From Tubiluchus corallicola (Eukaryota > Animalia > Priapulida), in assembly GCA_030141605.1 (NCBI GenBank), contig JAQGDQ010000765.1, positions 1-64,000 of the forward strand: a stretch of 64,000 nt of DNA. The letters run 5' to 3'. The stretch's first letter is position 1; every line of letters starts with the position of its first letter. The notes beneath the pieces are model-generated. The model was not told the DNA's origin. It made no database searches and saw nothing but the letters and a program-made list of their open reading frames with translations. The translations under genes were made by a program, and so were the position numbers. Of the stretch, positions 1 through 15,054 are shown piece after piece.

Positions 1-1668
1 TTATTATATATATATATATTATACATATATATATATATATTGTAGATACTCAGGGACTTTTTATTGCCCTAAATATTGCTAGTTTTTATACACACAGTAT
101 ATTTTTAATTTCATTTATACTTCCACATAATTTTATATATGTGATTATAAATACATTCTTATGGCATTTTAGTCTGTAATATACTCACTCGCTCACTCAC
201 TCACTCACTCACTCATGCACGCAGGCACTTAACTTGCTTACAGTTTGTTCGTAGTACTCGCTTTTCTGCTGCTTCTCATGGCTTATCCTGACATTCATAG
301 ATATAGAAAAAGTGCTTATAAATCTAGTTTTTCCCTCGGGCTTCTTATCTGTGAAATTCTCCACCAGAAAATTGTTTCCATGAAAACTAATCGATTCAAA
401 AATATTAAATAGATTACCTTCTATCCCTAGCGAATTGGTTACTGATACATATGCCAATTCAGTTGATCGGTACCGCTTGAACAGATTAGTGCACTTAAAC
501 CACTTGTGCGTAATCTGAAACCAAAGCTATATCAATAGACAATTGCATTTATTATGGCTCTTTAGATTAAGTTTTATTTACTGTTATGTAGCTTGTGGCA
601 GGTGCGTCATGTCTTGGAATCTTCCATATGCCACACAGGCGCATTCCACATATAAATGCAGCCAGATTGTCAATCGATCAATCATCAGTTTATTTCATAT
701 ATAAAAATGTACATAGCAAATAAAAGACAATGCGAACATTAAAATTATAATTCAAAATAATTCACAGTAAACTAATTATGAGAACATGTACAGACGACAG
801 ACTAAACTAAGAATTACAAAACTAAAAATAGCATACAATAAAACTAACAAACGCGCTCAACAAATGCCTAAATAAACTTAATTAGATTCATTTAGTTTTA
901 TTGGGATCACGGATGGGGTTCCGAAAGTCAATTTGAAAAGAAATTTCAAATAATCTGCAGTTTCCAGTCCCTGACTGATAACACACTTACATAAATAACA
1001 ATCTGCACATCAACTCTTCGGCAGAAACCCGTAGCCCTCAGTTATGCGCTATTGAAACCGCGCAGCTGAAATATTACATCAGGCGTTCTTAACCTAATCC
1101 TGGCGTTATGTTTTAATTAATAGTCTAAATCATGACAAGGTATATGCTTATTAATTACAGAGACAAATTTGCTTCAAGTTGTTGCAGAAAACTTGCTCAA
1201 TATTGGCAGTTCATTTGGATGTTCTGAAGGAACTGAAATTTGTTACATTTTCGTCATGATAGTAGTCTTAATTCACGCAATCTTCCAGCAATTAAATATG
1301 CATTACTAAAAAGAAATTATAAATGGCGACTTAATCTACTGGCTTTCTTTTTTTATGTTAGAAACGCTAAATTTACCTAAAGGTCAACATGTTTGTTAAG
1401 CGCAGACGATCGTTTCGATCTAGTAGTGAGTTTCAATGAACAATTTAAATCAAGCCAAAAAGGAATAATTTGTACATTAGATATTGCAATATTAAGGTAC
1501 ACACTATATTATTAAAAAATCAAAAAATTGTCAGAATAAACGCGGATATAACTGGAAAGAAATTCTAAAGAAATGTAAAAAATGCCTTATAAGAGATGCA
1601 GAAAAGTTTACAGCACAGTAAACCATTAATCTTCATAATGAAGAACCATAGCATAAGTGTTAAAAGAA

Positions 1669-1912
1669 TGACCGGGTGGCGTAGCTCAATGATACCGTGC
1701 TCGCTTACCACTCGGGAGGTCGAAAGTTCAATTCTTGTCCGAGTCATACGAAAGACTTGAAAAATGGCACCGCTGGTTCTTCGACTAAGCACGCGTATTT
1801 ACCAAACTAGCGTGCGGGTAATGATAGTCGGGACCACCTTGGAAACCAGTATTGAGGTACTTAAGGTGTTATCCCTGGACTGTGTCCTAAACGAAATTAT
1901 TATTATTATTAT
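1669..1912 (+). mobile_element. tRNA-derived SINE (Meta/MESC-like core)
   Basis: A-box-like tggcgtagctcaatg, B-box-like gttcaattc, core catacgaaagacttgaaaaatggcacc..ctaagcacgc, (att)n tail. Confidence 0.75.
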
Positions 1913-2339
1913 ATCATGACGGACTTACTTGGTTAAAATTCAAGCTGCGGCCTGGGCTTGTTTTTTATTAGATTAGATTAGATTCTAATTCAGTACACAT
2001 AGCACCATATTATTGTATAACAAATCTTCCTTATTAACGCGTTAGAGTGTCGAACCTTATTATGTGCACATGTATAAGACGCTAATTCACAATATTTAAA
2101 AAATTAACAAGGGCAATTTTATACGCCGATCTAAGTATCGCAATATTATAGTTTCTATTGGCTATCCATACGCTGCTACAATAAATTCTACTGCATTACG
2201 ATTCGAACAAGATACTTTTTACTTTCTTTGAAATGTAATAAAATTTATTACGTAGTGTATTAATCCTTGCACAAAATATCTACGTCATCACTATAATCAC
2301 CAAATAATATTCTCCAGATATTTTTCACTTTTACTGACA

Positions 2340-2830
2340 TTAAATGGTTTACCATTAAGAAAAACTTTTCCAGTTACAATATTTCGCACCATCCTTTTCG
2401 GGGATAAAGTATAGGCATTTGGTTTTTGACTTCGTAAATACAATCTTGTCAGAAACGGCAAAATTTTTGCATGTATCTAATAATTTCTGTAAATTGTTGA
2501 CAGAAGGTCCATATCAGACACAAATCATCAGCAAATAACAAAATTGATTCATAGTTTTAATACCCATTCCACATGTAGCATCAAAAGAACTTTTTAATAT
2601 TTTTGACAAATCATTAGCATAAAGTTCGAAAAAAGGGTCGCAATACTTTTTCTGACGTACACCGTTAGACATTTTAAAAGCTTCCAGATGGGCTATTCTC
2701 ACATCTCGCCTTAAGAGACTGTGACCAGTTTTTAAGATGGTGTGAAGGGAAATTCAAGCTTTTCAGCTTAACAATATTCTGTGGTTGACTATCAAACGCT
2801 TTGCTGGTATCATCAAGGGTCGCAAACACT
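2340..2830 (-). mobile_element. LINE RT fragment
   Basis: NGVRQ, FELYANDL, LLFADD-like motifs with frameshifts. Confidence 0.65.
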
Positions 2831-2872
2831 GGACTATTATATTCCCTATATCAATCAATTAGCTCTTTCAAT

Positions 2873-3250
2873 AGAGCCAGTCTATCGTTTTGCTAGTCTA
2901 TCACTTCGCCAGGTGATATTAGAATTAGTGCAATACATATTCAAACAATGATACATTTCACCAGTGTATCATTTCAGCAGTTGTAGTTAGATATAGTGCA
3001 TAAGTATTTAAATAATAGTACACCTTGCAGGTGCATTATTGAGCCAGTGTATCATTTCGCCAGTTGTAATTAGAAATAGCGGAGTAATATTTAAACAGCA
3101 GTACACTTCGCCAGTGAAGCAGTTCGCTTGTGTATCATTCCGCCAATGTGTTATTTCGCCCGTGTATCATCTCGCTATTGTAAAATTAGAAATAGAGCAA
3201 AATACATGCGTGAGCAGTGCTACACTTCGTCAGTTTATTATTTTGCCAAC
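2873..3250. repeat. 19-bp (tttcgccagt) subrepeat array
   Basis: Degenerate tandem units of the same family as 9990-10065. Confidence 0.7.
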
Positions 3251-3889
3251 TGCAGTTAGAAATAGTGCAGTAAATACATATACATCTATGGAAAAACGGT
3301 TCTAGTGTGGTAACCCTTGGTTTTGGCTGGTGTGTGGCGCAATGTTGGATAGACCATTGATTGGGGACTGTTACCACTGGCGCCATCTTGGCAAGTGGCA
3401 GTCTAGCCTTGAATGGAACAAAGGTAAAGTTAAACAAAGGTGCCATAAAATTTAGGCCTAGTGTAGACGTTTGCTGAATGTTTAGGGGGATTGCTTTTCT
3501 GGCGAGGTACTTAGACATAAGACATTAGACAGCGAATTTTTCATAGGCGCCGCCATATTGGGTGTTCTCTTGGATACAAAAAAACAGCACCCAAGAAATA
3601 TAAATTCTACTAAGACGATATTTGACCAGCGGATAGCTCGTATAGTGGACATTGCTTCCATTTACATCAGTATTGCTTCCATTCACAAGGAGCGTAAAAG
3701 AAACCATGTTGTCCCATATGTTAAGTATAGGATTGACCTAGGTATGAAAAATTTGCCTACGCAATTGACTGAAATATTACCATCATATATACATTACTTT
3801 AAATGTGTATAGTACTATTTCTAATAACCACTGGCGAAATGATAGACTGTCGAAATGATGCATTGGTAAAGTGGTTTAAACCAGTAAAC

Positions 3890-5036
3890 TTACTGGTTTA
3901 AAAATGAATGATGATAAGACAGAATTTATGGTAATATCACCCAAATCAAATGACATTACTTCTAATGCAACACTAAAAGTAGGTGACTGTTCCATAGAAC
4001 AAGCAAAAAATGTAAAATTTTTAGGCATTACTGTCGATAATAAACTCACTTGGGATGAACAGTTTCAACAAATACACAACAAGATGGCATTAAGCACGGC
4101 ATTCTTACGCCAAACCAGAGGCCATCTGACCAAGAAAACAAAAATTCTCATCTACAAAAGTCTAATATTACCACATTATCTGTATGGTTGCACTTTACTT
4201 CAAAACGTTAAGAATGAAAACTTTAGAAAACTAAATACAATGCAAAAACTACGCACTTAGATTAATTCATGGCTATTCTAATAAAACTGCTAAACAACAT
4301 GCTGCATCTGCAACAAGCTAAAGAACGTCCACAAAAATACCAATATTAGAAGCCTATCGAGATTACAAAACACTGATATTTCTTTATAAATATATCAACA
4401 AACTGAGCATTCCATTTATAAACAATCCCTTAGCATTCATTCCTGATACCACTTTAAACAATAGAACACACAATTAAAAGCAAATTACAGTAAACAACAA
4501 ATTTGAAAATAACTCTATATCAAAACAGGCCATACATTTATGGAACTTACTACCCAGTGAAATAAAACTAATAGAATCTCTCCACCACTTTAAAAAGAAA
4601 TTAAAAGAATCAATATAACAGGTTTCAACTTCCACATTGTGGATCTGATACTAATTACACAGACTCAATTTTCATCTACCCCGCCCCTAACTCCATAAAA
4701 CGATTAAAAATGTAAAATTTAAAAAAAATATGTAATGTAAAACATGTTTCTGTTAATTGTGTCATGTTAAATGTATATATAGTGTAAAATATGTCTTGTA
4801 AAAAATTAATGTTTTGTTTGTAATATTGTTTTGTAAAAATATTTTAATATTGTGTTTGTAAATATTTATTTACATTTATATTCATTTATTGTATATAATT
4901 AGGCCTTAGTTTTACACTTTAGTTTTTTTAGTCTGCACTGGACGCATTTGTCTTGAACAGTGTTGTTTTTAACATTACGCTGAGGATTACTCAATTTTAT
5001 TGTAATGAGTGAGCCATTTTTAATGACAAAAAAAGA

Positions 5037-5040
<4 letters not shown>
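3890..5040 (+). mobile_element. 5'-truncated L2/Crack-group LINE (RT C-terminus and 3' UTR)
   Basis: MNDDKTEFMVI, VKFLGITVDNKLTW, IYKSLILPHYLYG, LWNLLPSEIK; ends in a TA tract. Confidence 0.8.
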
Positions 5041-5086
<46 letters not shown>

Positions 5087-5111
5087 TAAACATTTAGTAC
5101 ATTATATCTAC

Positions 5112-5320
5112 TAACACTTGGCGAAGTGATGCACAGTAGCGAAAAAACACACTGCCGAAATGATGCACTGATGAAAACACTGAGTCGCGAAATGATAGAC
5201 TGGCAAAACGATAGACTCGCGAAATTATATACTGGCGAAAAGATGGACTGGCGAAATGATGCACTGGCGAAAAGATAGACTGGCGAAACGATAGACTAGC
5301 GAATTGTGACATACAATCCA
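5112..5320. repeat. 19-bp (actggcgaaa) subrepeat array, opposite orientation
   Basis: About 10 units ending gacatacaatc, as at 11020-11030. Confidence 0.8.
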
Positions 5321-7149
5321 CTGCGACATATGCATATTATTTCGCCTTAAGGTTTTTTACATGTTCCTCTGGCCATGTACATTTTCATGTACATTTACTC
5401 AAAAATTGCTACAGCTAAAGATACCGCGGAAATTTGCGAATTTTGGAAAAACCATTATTCACATTTGCTGAGTTCCACACCAAATAGTTCAGCAGCTAAA
5501 GTAATAATTATAAAAACCTGCAACAGAGGAAAAGTGATGGATTTGTAATTAATCATAATGATGTATACAATGCCATGTGTGAGTTAAATAATCACACGTG
5601 AAGTGGACCTCATGTATACAAGGATTTGTTTAAATTGTGGTATCACCAGTTTTCAGTAGCTTCCATTATTGCGTCGACTATTGAATATTGTTTCCGAAAT
5701 CTGTACTGATAAGCTGATAATATTTTATTGTTTTCTACGTTAATTTGATTATAAACTTCTTTTCAAATATTCTTGCAAGTTCATGCACTAATTTCCAGGG
5801 TCTTCTTTGTTTTCTTTTTAGTGAATGGGTATTATATTAACGGTTTTCCTGAAACTCCGGACATGTTAACATGTCTAACAATGTAGGTTATATATGGTAC
5901 AAGCGTTTCTGCAGAGTTTTTGAATATTTGCACAGTCTGAGAAAACTACTTTGATGTAGGAAATGATGCTATAACTGTTTTGAGACTGCATGATGATGGG
6001 ATTCTGATCGATATTTTCTTAAAAGATAATTACTAAAAATTTCATTCATTTAATTTCTTCAATAAGTGCCATCTGTCATCAGCATGTCATTTTAGTAACC
6101 TATTTGTTGACACAGTTTATACTGAATATAAGTAATTGGAAAAATGTTTTCAAAAAACATAGTTTTTTTTAAGAATACTAAACTGTAGTGATCATACAAT
6201 AAAATAAATTCACCTTTCGTCTTGCTTGATCAAATTTTATTACAATGACGTTTTTATTACAATGACGGCGGTATTTCAGATGCGACATCTGTGTGGTAAT
6301 GACAAAGCAACTGACAAGTCATTTTGCTCTAAATTTTCCTTCCATTTTGTTTATATCTGGAGTTGTCTCCGTTTTATGGTGATGTGCGTTCAACTCTGTA
6401 AAAGCCAGCGTATCAGCATCATGAGGTCTTACTACACTGTGATCAGTAGAGAGGTGGCATTACAAAACCGCCTCCAGAGTAACATCTACATACATCCATA
6501 TGTAATTCACATAATAAATATTTTCGGTGACTGACTTGTACAGGCTTACAATTATTTCACAAACTGCTTTGCTGGTCAATCATTTTACATAGCTGTATAG
6601 GGTCATCTAGCAAGAATATATAAAATGATATAATATAAAGCTACAGTTGTATACAAAACTACAAGTCATATTTTTGTCTGATTTCCATTTATTTATTTCT
6701 TTTACAGTTGTTTACCAGCACGCCAACTAAGCTTTTTGCACACATTATTATTTTTATTATTAATTCGAAATTTGATTCGGAAATAGTTAGCACTGAATTC
6801 AAAGTTAGTTCAAATTCGAAATCTCGAAATTCGATTCGATTCGAATTCATTTAAGCCACAGCAGTGTAAAGTAAATTTCGTCATTCATCGTCATATTTAA
6901 AATTTCTTCATACCAAGAATTAGACCACGTTGCTTTCACGTGGTCACCAGGTAACCTTATCGACTTCTACGTCACCCTAATCCTTTCACATTTCCTTCGT
7001 TTTAGTCAAGTTTGTTTTCAAAAATTCGACAATTTATATTTGTTAAGTCATTATTGCCACTAATCTTGAAATTAACAAAAATAATGAAAAATGTAATTAC
7101 TATAACGAAAAATAAGACAAATCAGCAGGTTTTGATCAGATATATACTG

Positions 7150-8500
7150 AACATTTACTATATGCTCCCAGAGTATTATCGTTGCACAATGCTGTTCAAC
7201 CTTAGACACATACACTGTTATGTGCCAAATGATTTTGGGAAAGGAATAATTATACCTGTTGTTAAAGATGATAATGTCGACCTAACAGATTTCAAGAATT
7301 ACCGTGCAGTTATCTACCTCCTACTATCTCAAAATTATTTAAATCTGTTTTACTGGCAAAATTCGGTGATTGCTTAGAAAATGACGAATTACAATTCGGT
7401 TTTAAAGTTGAATCAAATTGCAATCATGCCATATATACCACAAAGAAACTGTAATTTTTTTCACAAAAAGAAACAATCCTGTATATGTCATATTTCCAGT
7501 AGTCACAAAAGCTTTTGACAGAGTACTGCACGGAGGGTTATTTATAAAATTTGCTAGATAAACGGGTTCCCAAGATATTTGTTAAAATGTAAATGAATTG
7601 CTATAGTAAACTTACGTGCCATGTCACATGACAAGATCGGTATAGTACAAAATTTTGTATAAAAACAGGTGTCAGATAAGGAGGTGTATTTTAGATGCTG
7701 TATATATACGGACGACCTTATACGCCAATTGCGTACCGCTGCTTACGGTTGTTGTGTGGCAGATAATTTTATAGGCACTGTCATGTATGCTGATGACAAT
7801 GCCTTGTTGTCACGGTTATGTAAACACGTACGTGAAATACTTAAAATCTGTGAAAAATATAGTATAGAATTGAGTATTTTATTTAATACTAACAAGCATG
7901 GCTTCTTTATTTTGGCCATTGCTTTACTGGTGAGGGTGCGATCTGTTTTAACAGCTGGTCTGGAAACAGACAATAAAGTACTTTGGTTGTAATATTTTGA
8001 CAAGTGCTAGTTTTTCTATTGATGTTTCAAGGTTAAAAAAGAAATTTATTGATTCGTTGAATAATATTCTATCAAACATAGGCCATAATCGTAATGACAT
8101 TTTAGCTAAGTATCAATACATGCTGTGTACCAATTTTGTTATACGGATGCGAAATTGGCGGTATATCAAACAACGAAGTTAATGCCAATAGGGTAAAGCG
8201 GAACACTGCTTATAAACAATATTCGGTTCTAGACAAATGAAAGTGTAAAATTGTTAATGTATTTTTATGGCACAATGCCTGCGGATTGTTTAATAGATAG
8301 TTGAACATTAAAATTTGTGAGAAAAATTGTAAACTCCTGCACATTGAGAATTCCAAAGAATTCATATGTAAATAACAGTCAAGTAAATTTAAGAATAAAA
8401 TATAGTTACACTACTACTACACTAAAGTTAAAGGTAAAAAACTCATTTAAAGATTATGTTTTAAGATACCTGTTATAGATTCTTGCAACACCGTATATTG
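7150..8500 (+). mobile_element. Decayed non-LTR retrotransposon RT
   Basis: GIIIPVVKD..NYRA, QFGFK, KAFDRVLH, GVR.GGV, MYADD with many stops. Confidence 0.8.
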
Positions 8501-8658
8501 TAATATAATTACAAGCGTACTGAAATGAGTGGATATTTCAAAGCCGAATTTCTGTCCATATGTTAGTAACTGTCCATAACTTTACTAACATCCCAATATC
8601 TGTTTTACTAACATACTGTTGTCTTTGTAAGCTGTATATTTTTATGCAAAATAAACTC

Positions 8659-8661
<3 letters not shown>

Positions 8662-8733
<72 letters not shown>
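8662..8733. repeat. (AAT)n(AAG)n compound microsatellite
   Basis: Direct read. Confidence 0.97.
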
Positions 8734-8735
<2 letters not shown>

Positions 8736-9879
8736 GTTTTGCTTCTTCATGCTAGTTTATTTGATTTGGTAATCATTGTATATTCTCGCAGCTATATAGC
8801 AACATATTGTTCAAAAGTTTATTTTCATGTTGCACCATGTCAATACTGATGTCACCTCAAGTGTAATCTATTTTACCAACCCTGATAATTTTGTCAGTAT
8901 CTCGTCCAGCTAGTACACTTGAAAATGTTTTTACAGAATTATTGGATGCCAGTATACATTTTTTGCTTACAGCGTAGGAAATACGTCCTGAAACAGTTCA
9001 TTTTTCAACTAACTGTTATTCACTGTATCGTGGATCAGACTGAACCTAATGTTTTATGATTAGAATATTTAAAAATACTTTCATTGGTACTGTGCTGTGT
9101 ACAATAAAATTTCGTAGTCGCATTTTCATGCATTACAAAAAATGTAATTGTACATTTAAAGCTATTTGCATTCCACAAATTGTATACAAATTAGACAGAG
9201 AAGTTGCAATTAAAAGTAAGTTATTATCACGTTTACAACAGTTGAAACTTGTCGTAACAAATTTTAGAGCTATGTGCGCTCAAATAACAAAGTTTTCCAA
9301 GGTCACCCAGCCATATCCTTTTCTGTTACTATGAAAAAGAAGTACTCCTGAAATACGACTAGTTTATTTTCGCCGTCATGAAGAAATGATCGTTTCCTAA
9401 TGTTTGATACCAGGGCCGATTAACAATTTTTTGTGATCATAAGTTTTCTACATTTGCACAAACGGCGATAGCTTCATTCGAAAGATATGCAATTTTGAAT
9501 GATAATAACTTTCGTTTACAAACTTTTTCGCGTAAGGTCTAGCTGTGAATTGTTTGGCCGTGCAGGATATTTAGAAATTTCGTGGCACCATGCGGGATAA
9601 TGGGTACCCAGGAAAGATGGATGATCGTTGTGTTATTTTTCTAAAAATCATTTTAACAATCTATCACAACGGTTGAGAAAAGGGTTTATTTCTTTTTGCC
9701 ATTTACTGAACATAGTGCGTTTCAGGCAGGAAGAGAATAACAAAAGTAATAAAAGAAGTTTGTCCATTTCAAGAACGGAGTGCCAATTTCATTGTGGTCT
9801 TCTTTAATTTATCGTTATATTTGTGGTTGCTGCCAAGCTTCTAAACGGATACAGAACGTCATTTAGAGCCGCATAAACC

Positions 9880-11130
9880 AACATTTGGGGCTATTTCTTG
9901 ACAATGGGCGAAATGTTGAGCACTTCAAAACACTGCGAGAAGGCAGCACTGCCAAGAGTCGGGCCACGCTTTTCAACTTGATTGTATGTCGTTTCGCCAG
10001 TTATCTTTTCGCCTGTCTACTTTTTCACCCGGCTGCTTTTTCGCCAGTCTACTTTTCCGTCAGTCTGCTGCTAGCTGAAGTAAAGGTACAAACAAGCGAA
10101 TGAACAAGCAATATAAGTTATATTGAATTTTAAATTTTAATAGAAAAATCTTTGTACGAAAATAGTGCAAGAAAACTGTGTAACTAAAAACATTCCTCAT
10201 ACACGTGATTTCCAACTAGTATCAATTATCAATACAATGATATATGCTGTGTTAGATTTTGATGAAGCAGGCTAGCCGGTTCGGTCTGCTCAAATTTAAT
10301 TTTAATTTAAAATCATGCAATTTTTGCTATTGTCGTAGGGCCCCGTAAAACGGCAACGGTTCAGAGTTCGGTAAAACTGAGACGGTTACTGATAGATAAG
10401 GCATAGTACTTTACATGTTCTTCCGTTTGAATAGATAGAGCTTCTTGTAGGAGTAATTGCTTCTCAAAAATAGACGCATTTTGACGATTTTCGGGTTATT
10501 CCTCAAGCGGATCAAAGGATTACAACCCAATATTGTAAGGTAAGATGTCTCTCTGTCATAGCTACAAGCACACCAAGTTTAGTGGAATAATTCTGTCTAG
10601 TTTTTGCGTTATTTTAAAAAGATGAGTATCTCGGAAACTAGACATCACAGAACGAAAATAACAGCAGATTCTGAATGTTAAATTTTGGTCCGGACATCCT
10701 ATTTTTTGCCGTTTTCTGTCTAAACGAAACTGGACTTGCGACTTTGGCGCAGTGCATCAGATTCGTCTTTTCATTGTGAATCCAATGATATGTGACGCGC
10801 CTCTGTAGGACTTATAATCTTCCGTTCACAAAGCGTTTAAATGTCGATACCTAATATATCAATGGTTACCTATGTATATAAGTAAGCTAAGTTTTCATTG
10901 TTAATCAGAATTACCCTGGCGAAAAGATAGACTAGCGAAAAAGAGGATTAGTGAAAAAGCAGACTGGCGAAAAAGTAATATGGCGAAAAGATAACTGGCG
11001 AAACGCTTAACTGCGAAACGACATACAATCAAATTGAAAAGCGTGACTCGATTCTTGGCAGTGCTGCCTTCTCGCAGTGTTTTGAAGTGCTCAACACTTC
11101 GCCCATTGTCAAGGACTTGCCCCAAATGTT
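9880..11130. mobile_element. Non-autonomous element with ~190-bp inverted repeats and internal 19-bp subrepeats
   Basis: 9880-10065 and 10915-11130 are reverse complements (twin ORFs 9885+ and 11125-). Confidence 0.8.
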
Positions 11131-14100
11131 CGTTTTTCGTTTAAATAGCACTAGCAAAAATTGTTACTATTTATTCACACGATGGCCTAAGAATAAGAGG
11201 GTCGAAACGCAGAATTTAATTTTGTCAACTTGTTTTGCGTGGGTGTTAATCTTTCGAAGGCTTCACAGTTCTTGTCTTTTGGGCAAGTTTGGTTTCAAAA
11301 GTTCTACAGTTGTGGGTTATTCCATTTAGTAATAATGGTAAATGTGCTTGCAAACGAATTAGGGGGATTACAGTCATTCTTATAAATACCTAAACTGTTA
11401 GTTACAATTTACAAATAATTCTTGGTGTTCGCCACCAAGAAGATGTAAAAACTATAATGGATCAAGACTGTCCTAAACTGTATGTTTATCAAGTTCAAAA
11501 TAATAAACCGATTCTTCATTATCAAAAGTTTGTAATGACAAATTTTCACTAATTTTTGGCAAAAGATAGATCAGTCAGTATGTTTCAATGTAAAATGCTT
11601 TATTTATTAGAGTGATGTATTTTTATCCTTTATTTATATTACTGTTTTCCTAAGCAATAAATTATTATTTATTGACCTAAAAGTGCCTGTCGCGTTTCAA
11701 CGATTACAAATTTGGTACATAAGTTTTAGTATTGCCTTTCTACATCCAGCTTTCTTACAATATCGTCGCATACTCCGAATACAGTAACTATTGCAGAATA
11801 AAATACGTATATATAACTAATGACTACAGATTCCTATTTAAGATTCCAAATGAATTAGTTACTAAAACCAGCATTTTACTGCCACAGAAGTGAGGTCTTA
11901 AACAGGTCATACCTTTATAAATTGCACTATGATAGATGCCGTTAATATACTTTCACAGACTTCTGAGTCTTTCAGCCAAGTTCTTCTCTCGCGTAGACGC
12001 TTGGTGATACCTTTACAAACTTTTTTCTGTCTTTACAAACGTTTTTGATAATTATGAAATTATACGTATGGCGAAATTTAACTCGAAAGCATAATTGCGT
12101 GAACCATGTATGTACGAAATTTAAAGATACGGTCACGCAAAAACAACTTAAAATCGTTTGCCTGGCGCGTTCGTGAGTCACACACAACGTTCAGTGGCTT
12201 TCACTCTGAATATTTTCGCCCAATTAATCCCGGTAGATTTACTTGAAGTGCGCATAAACGTGGGCACACAGGATGTGCGAGTCAACGAAAAAGCGCAACG
12301 TAAGAAATTTTCCACTTCCATGCCATAAGACTAAAATGTGTCAATACGTTCACACGAGAGCCTTTTAGATAAGCGACACTGCATGCAACCGAAAAAATTT
12401 AGTCGCATGTACGCTACTAAACTTTTACTCACATAAAATTCTCGCCTTTATTGAGACAGGCGGCGAAGCTGCACTTCTTTGAATGGTGGCATAACTGCCA
12501 CTTTGAACGAAACACAGATGCGACAGCAATCTGTTGGTCGTCTTGCTACAATCAAAATCTTTTGAAAGGCAATTTAAATCTTGTTGTGTTTTTTAATGGT
12601 GAATTTCGTTCTGATTTTAAAGCTTATATTAGTATCACTCCAATGAATCTGCAAACCTTATACCCTGCAATATACGCACAAGTATTCTTGTGCGTCGTAC
12701 TTATTATGGACTATAGTTTCGGACGGATGGCGAAAAACATCCTGCAGTAAATTTTGTCCGACTAGATAACCACGACACAGGAATAAATGCAGACAAAACT
12801 TAGAATAGTCGCTATTCCCCCACAAGACAATATTAAAACCTTGTCAAAACTAAAATCACAAAAAATTTCTTCCTGATTTTCTTTTGTTTCTAAATCTACT
12901 CCAAAGAAATCAGAATATTTTTACTACAAACAGTTATACCGATGAATTATTTCTTATTATTTTTTCAATTATTTGCTGAGGCTGGTCAAAGTTTGATCCT
13001 AACCTCAAAAATCGTCAAATTCAATGTGTTGAAAAAACGCAAATGATTTATAAGTTTCACTTCATCTTTAATAATTGTGGATCAGTGTGACAAACCATCT
13101 ATTATTTACCATATTTTTGTTTACTTGTTTGTCACCTTTTTATATCTCAGTCAAGTTCTTTATAGTGATAGCTGTAGCACTTGGTGGTGTAATTTGCTTG
13201 CATTATAGTAATCACTAGTATTGTATTGTTAGCCTAATTAGTGTAGTAGCGTAGGAGTCCTACTAACACCCTCTCGTCTTGTAGTTGTGTTCTTAAATAT
13301 CTGCCATGCTTGTCGCTTCTTTCAAATGTGTGAAACCCGTACAGGTATGAAGTGTACAAGATACATACTTTACAGCTATAGCCTGAGACGTGCAACCTGG
13401 CAGTCAGTCGACAGTTATTAAAAGGCTTAGGGCACATAAAATGACCATCGTCTGATCTTTCACATTAGCATTGTCGATGTTATACTGTCAACAACCATTG
13501 TTTACATTGCTGACGCGTCTATGTCGAGTATGTTGCTTTGGTTTGATGAGGTGGTTACAGTTACCGTCATTGTCTGAGGATTCGTCTAAACCTGAAATCT
13601 CGCTGAAGTTTATGGTGGACAGTCCATTGTTGGTAGAGCAAATCATAGCTGGTGAATCCATGGATGTTGCCCCACAGGTTAGCAGGTGCCGTTTAACATA
13701 ATGTTCATGGCGTTTTTGGTAAGCCAAGACTTTTGTACTTTTGTTCAGCGTTAGCTAGCTAACATAATTCCGTTTGTATTTGGTCCTCGTTGGATTGCCG
13801 TCATCGAGAATGCGTGATCATTTGCACGTTCTACCCCCACTAACATCTCCCCTTTCTATTATTAGACTAGGGAATATATTTGCTAATTTACTGTACTGTG
13901 ATTGATTGTTATTGTTAATTATGTCTTTCCTGCTGGTTAAAATCTAATAAAGTAGTAACCAATTAAATTTTGTTATATATCTAGTTTTGGTATTCTATCT
14001 ACCATTGAATATTACTAGCTCATTAAGACTCCTAGGCTCGGGTTCCGCGTGTCCCCGTATGAAACAACAAAGCCTTAGTCCGACTCCAGGATTCTAGTAG

Positions 14101-14539
14101 TAAATTATCTAACACTATAGAACCCCAGAACCACGTGTTACATCTCGTTTATAGGGCGGTCGTGCCTGCCTTTCATGACATTGAGAATCAAAGTACGTTA
14201 CCTGTAAACATGGCGTCACAATCAGTTAGCAAGCCTGGGAAATTTGCTCACTGCTCAGTAGTCAGTGGTTAATGCAGGTGTGTTTCGTGAGCTGCTGAAA
14301 CTGTTGATATGGAACATTACGGAGGTGTTTCCAAATAATATAATATAATTATTTTGTGTTACAAATATTTAGACAAATTCTCTATTCTAATAATGTAAAA
14401 TAGTGCTTGGTGATCAAAGGACTAGTTGAATGCTATGCAAAACTGCAAATATTAAACCAGTGCAGTTGTGCAACGTGTCATTTCTGTTATGTTAGAAGTG
14501 CCATAAGAGCGTAGCGTTCTCAGCCTGGAGCTGATTCGG

Positions 14540-15000
14540 AAAACGAGCCCTTGGTAGTTGATTGCCATGTAGGTATGGTTATTATCAATGAGATTCTGTG
14601 CTTCATAGAAAATTTCTGGTACAATGCTTGAAAATTTTGAAAAGCTAATAATGGAGTTTTATGACGCCATAGACCTTGAGCCTGCAAAAAATATTCTATT
14701 AAATGCTATACGTGCGGCTGCCCTGAAGATGCTTTATTACCCTGTCCAAAAAAGACTATAGGATAACAAGAAGAAAAATGGTATGAATTACATTATGTAA
14801 TTAAATCATTCGGCTGTACCAAAAAACCATGTTTGCTGCGAAGTGGGCTACCTGAGTAGGTTACCGCCTAGTACTGCCCTTAATACATTTCAATATTAAT
14901 GAGGAAACTCATTAAATTTCAAATTGATGTTGACAATCTACATGAAACTAGTTTTTCAAGGGATGAATTTCAGTCTGATATAAGTCAGGTACATAAATTT
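14540..15000 (+). pseudogene. Decayed LINE ORF1-like fragment
   Basis: IINEILCFI...EFYDAIDLEPAKNILL resembles the NELLCF..FY..EI..AK.LL ORF1 motif. Confidence 0.4.
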
Positions 15001-15054
15001 TGCGAAAATCGCCACCGTTGAAATCCCTAGTGATGGCATTTTATACCTGTAATC

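Noticed and set aside
9885-11125. Twin 72/74-aa ORFs as a duplicated gene
   Set aside because: They are the two arms of an inverted repeat with no protein-like signal.
13242-14068. Possible solo LTR (TGT...ACA with AATAAA)
   Set aside because: No matching TSD or second copy.
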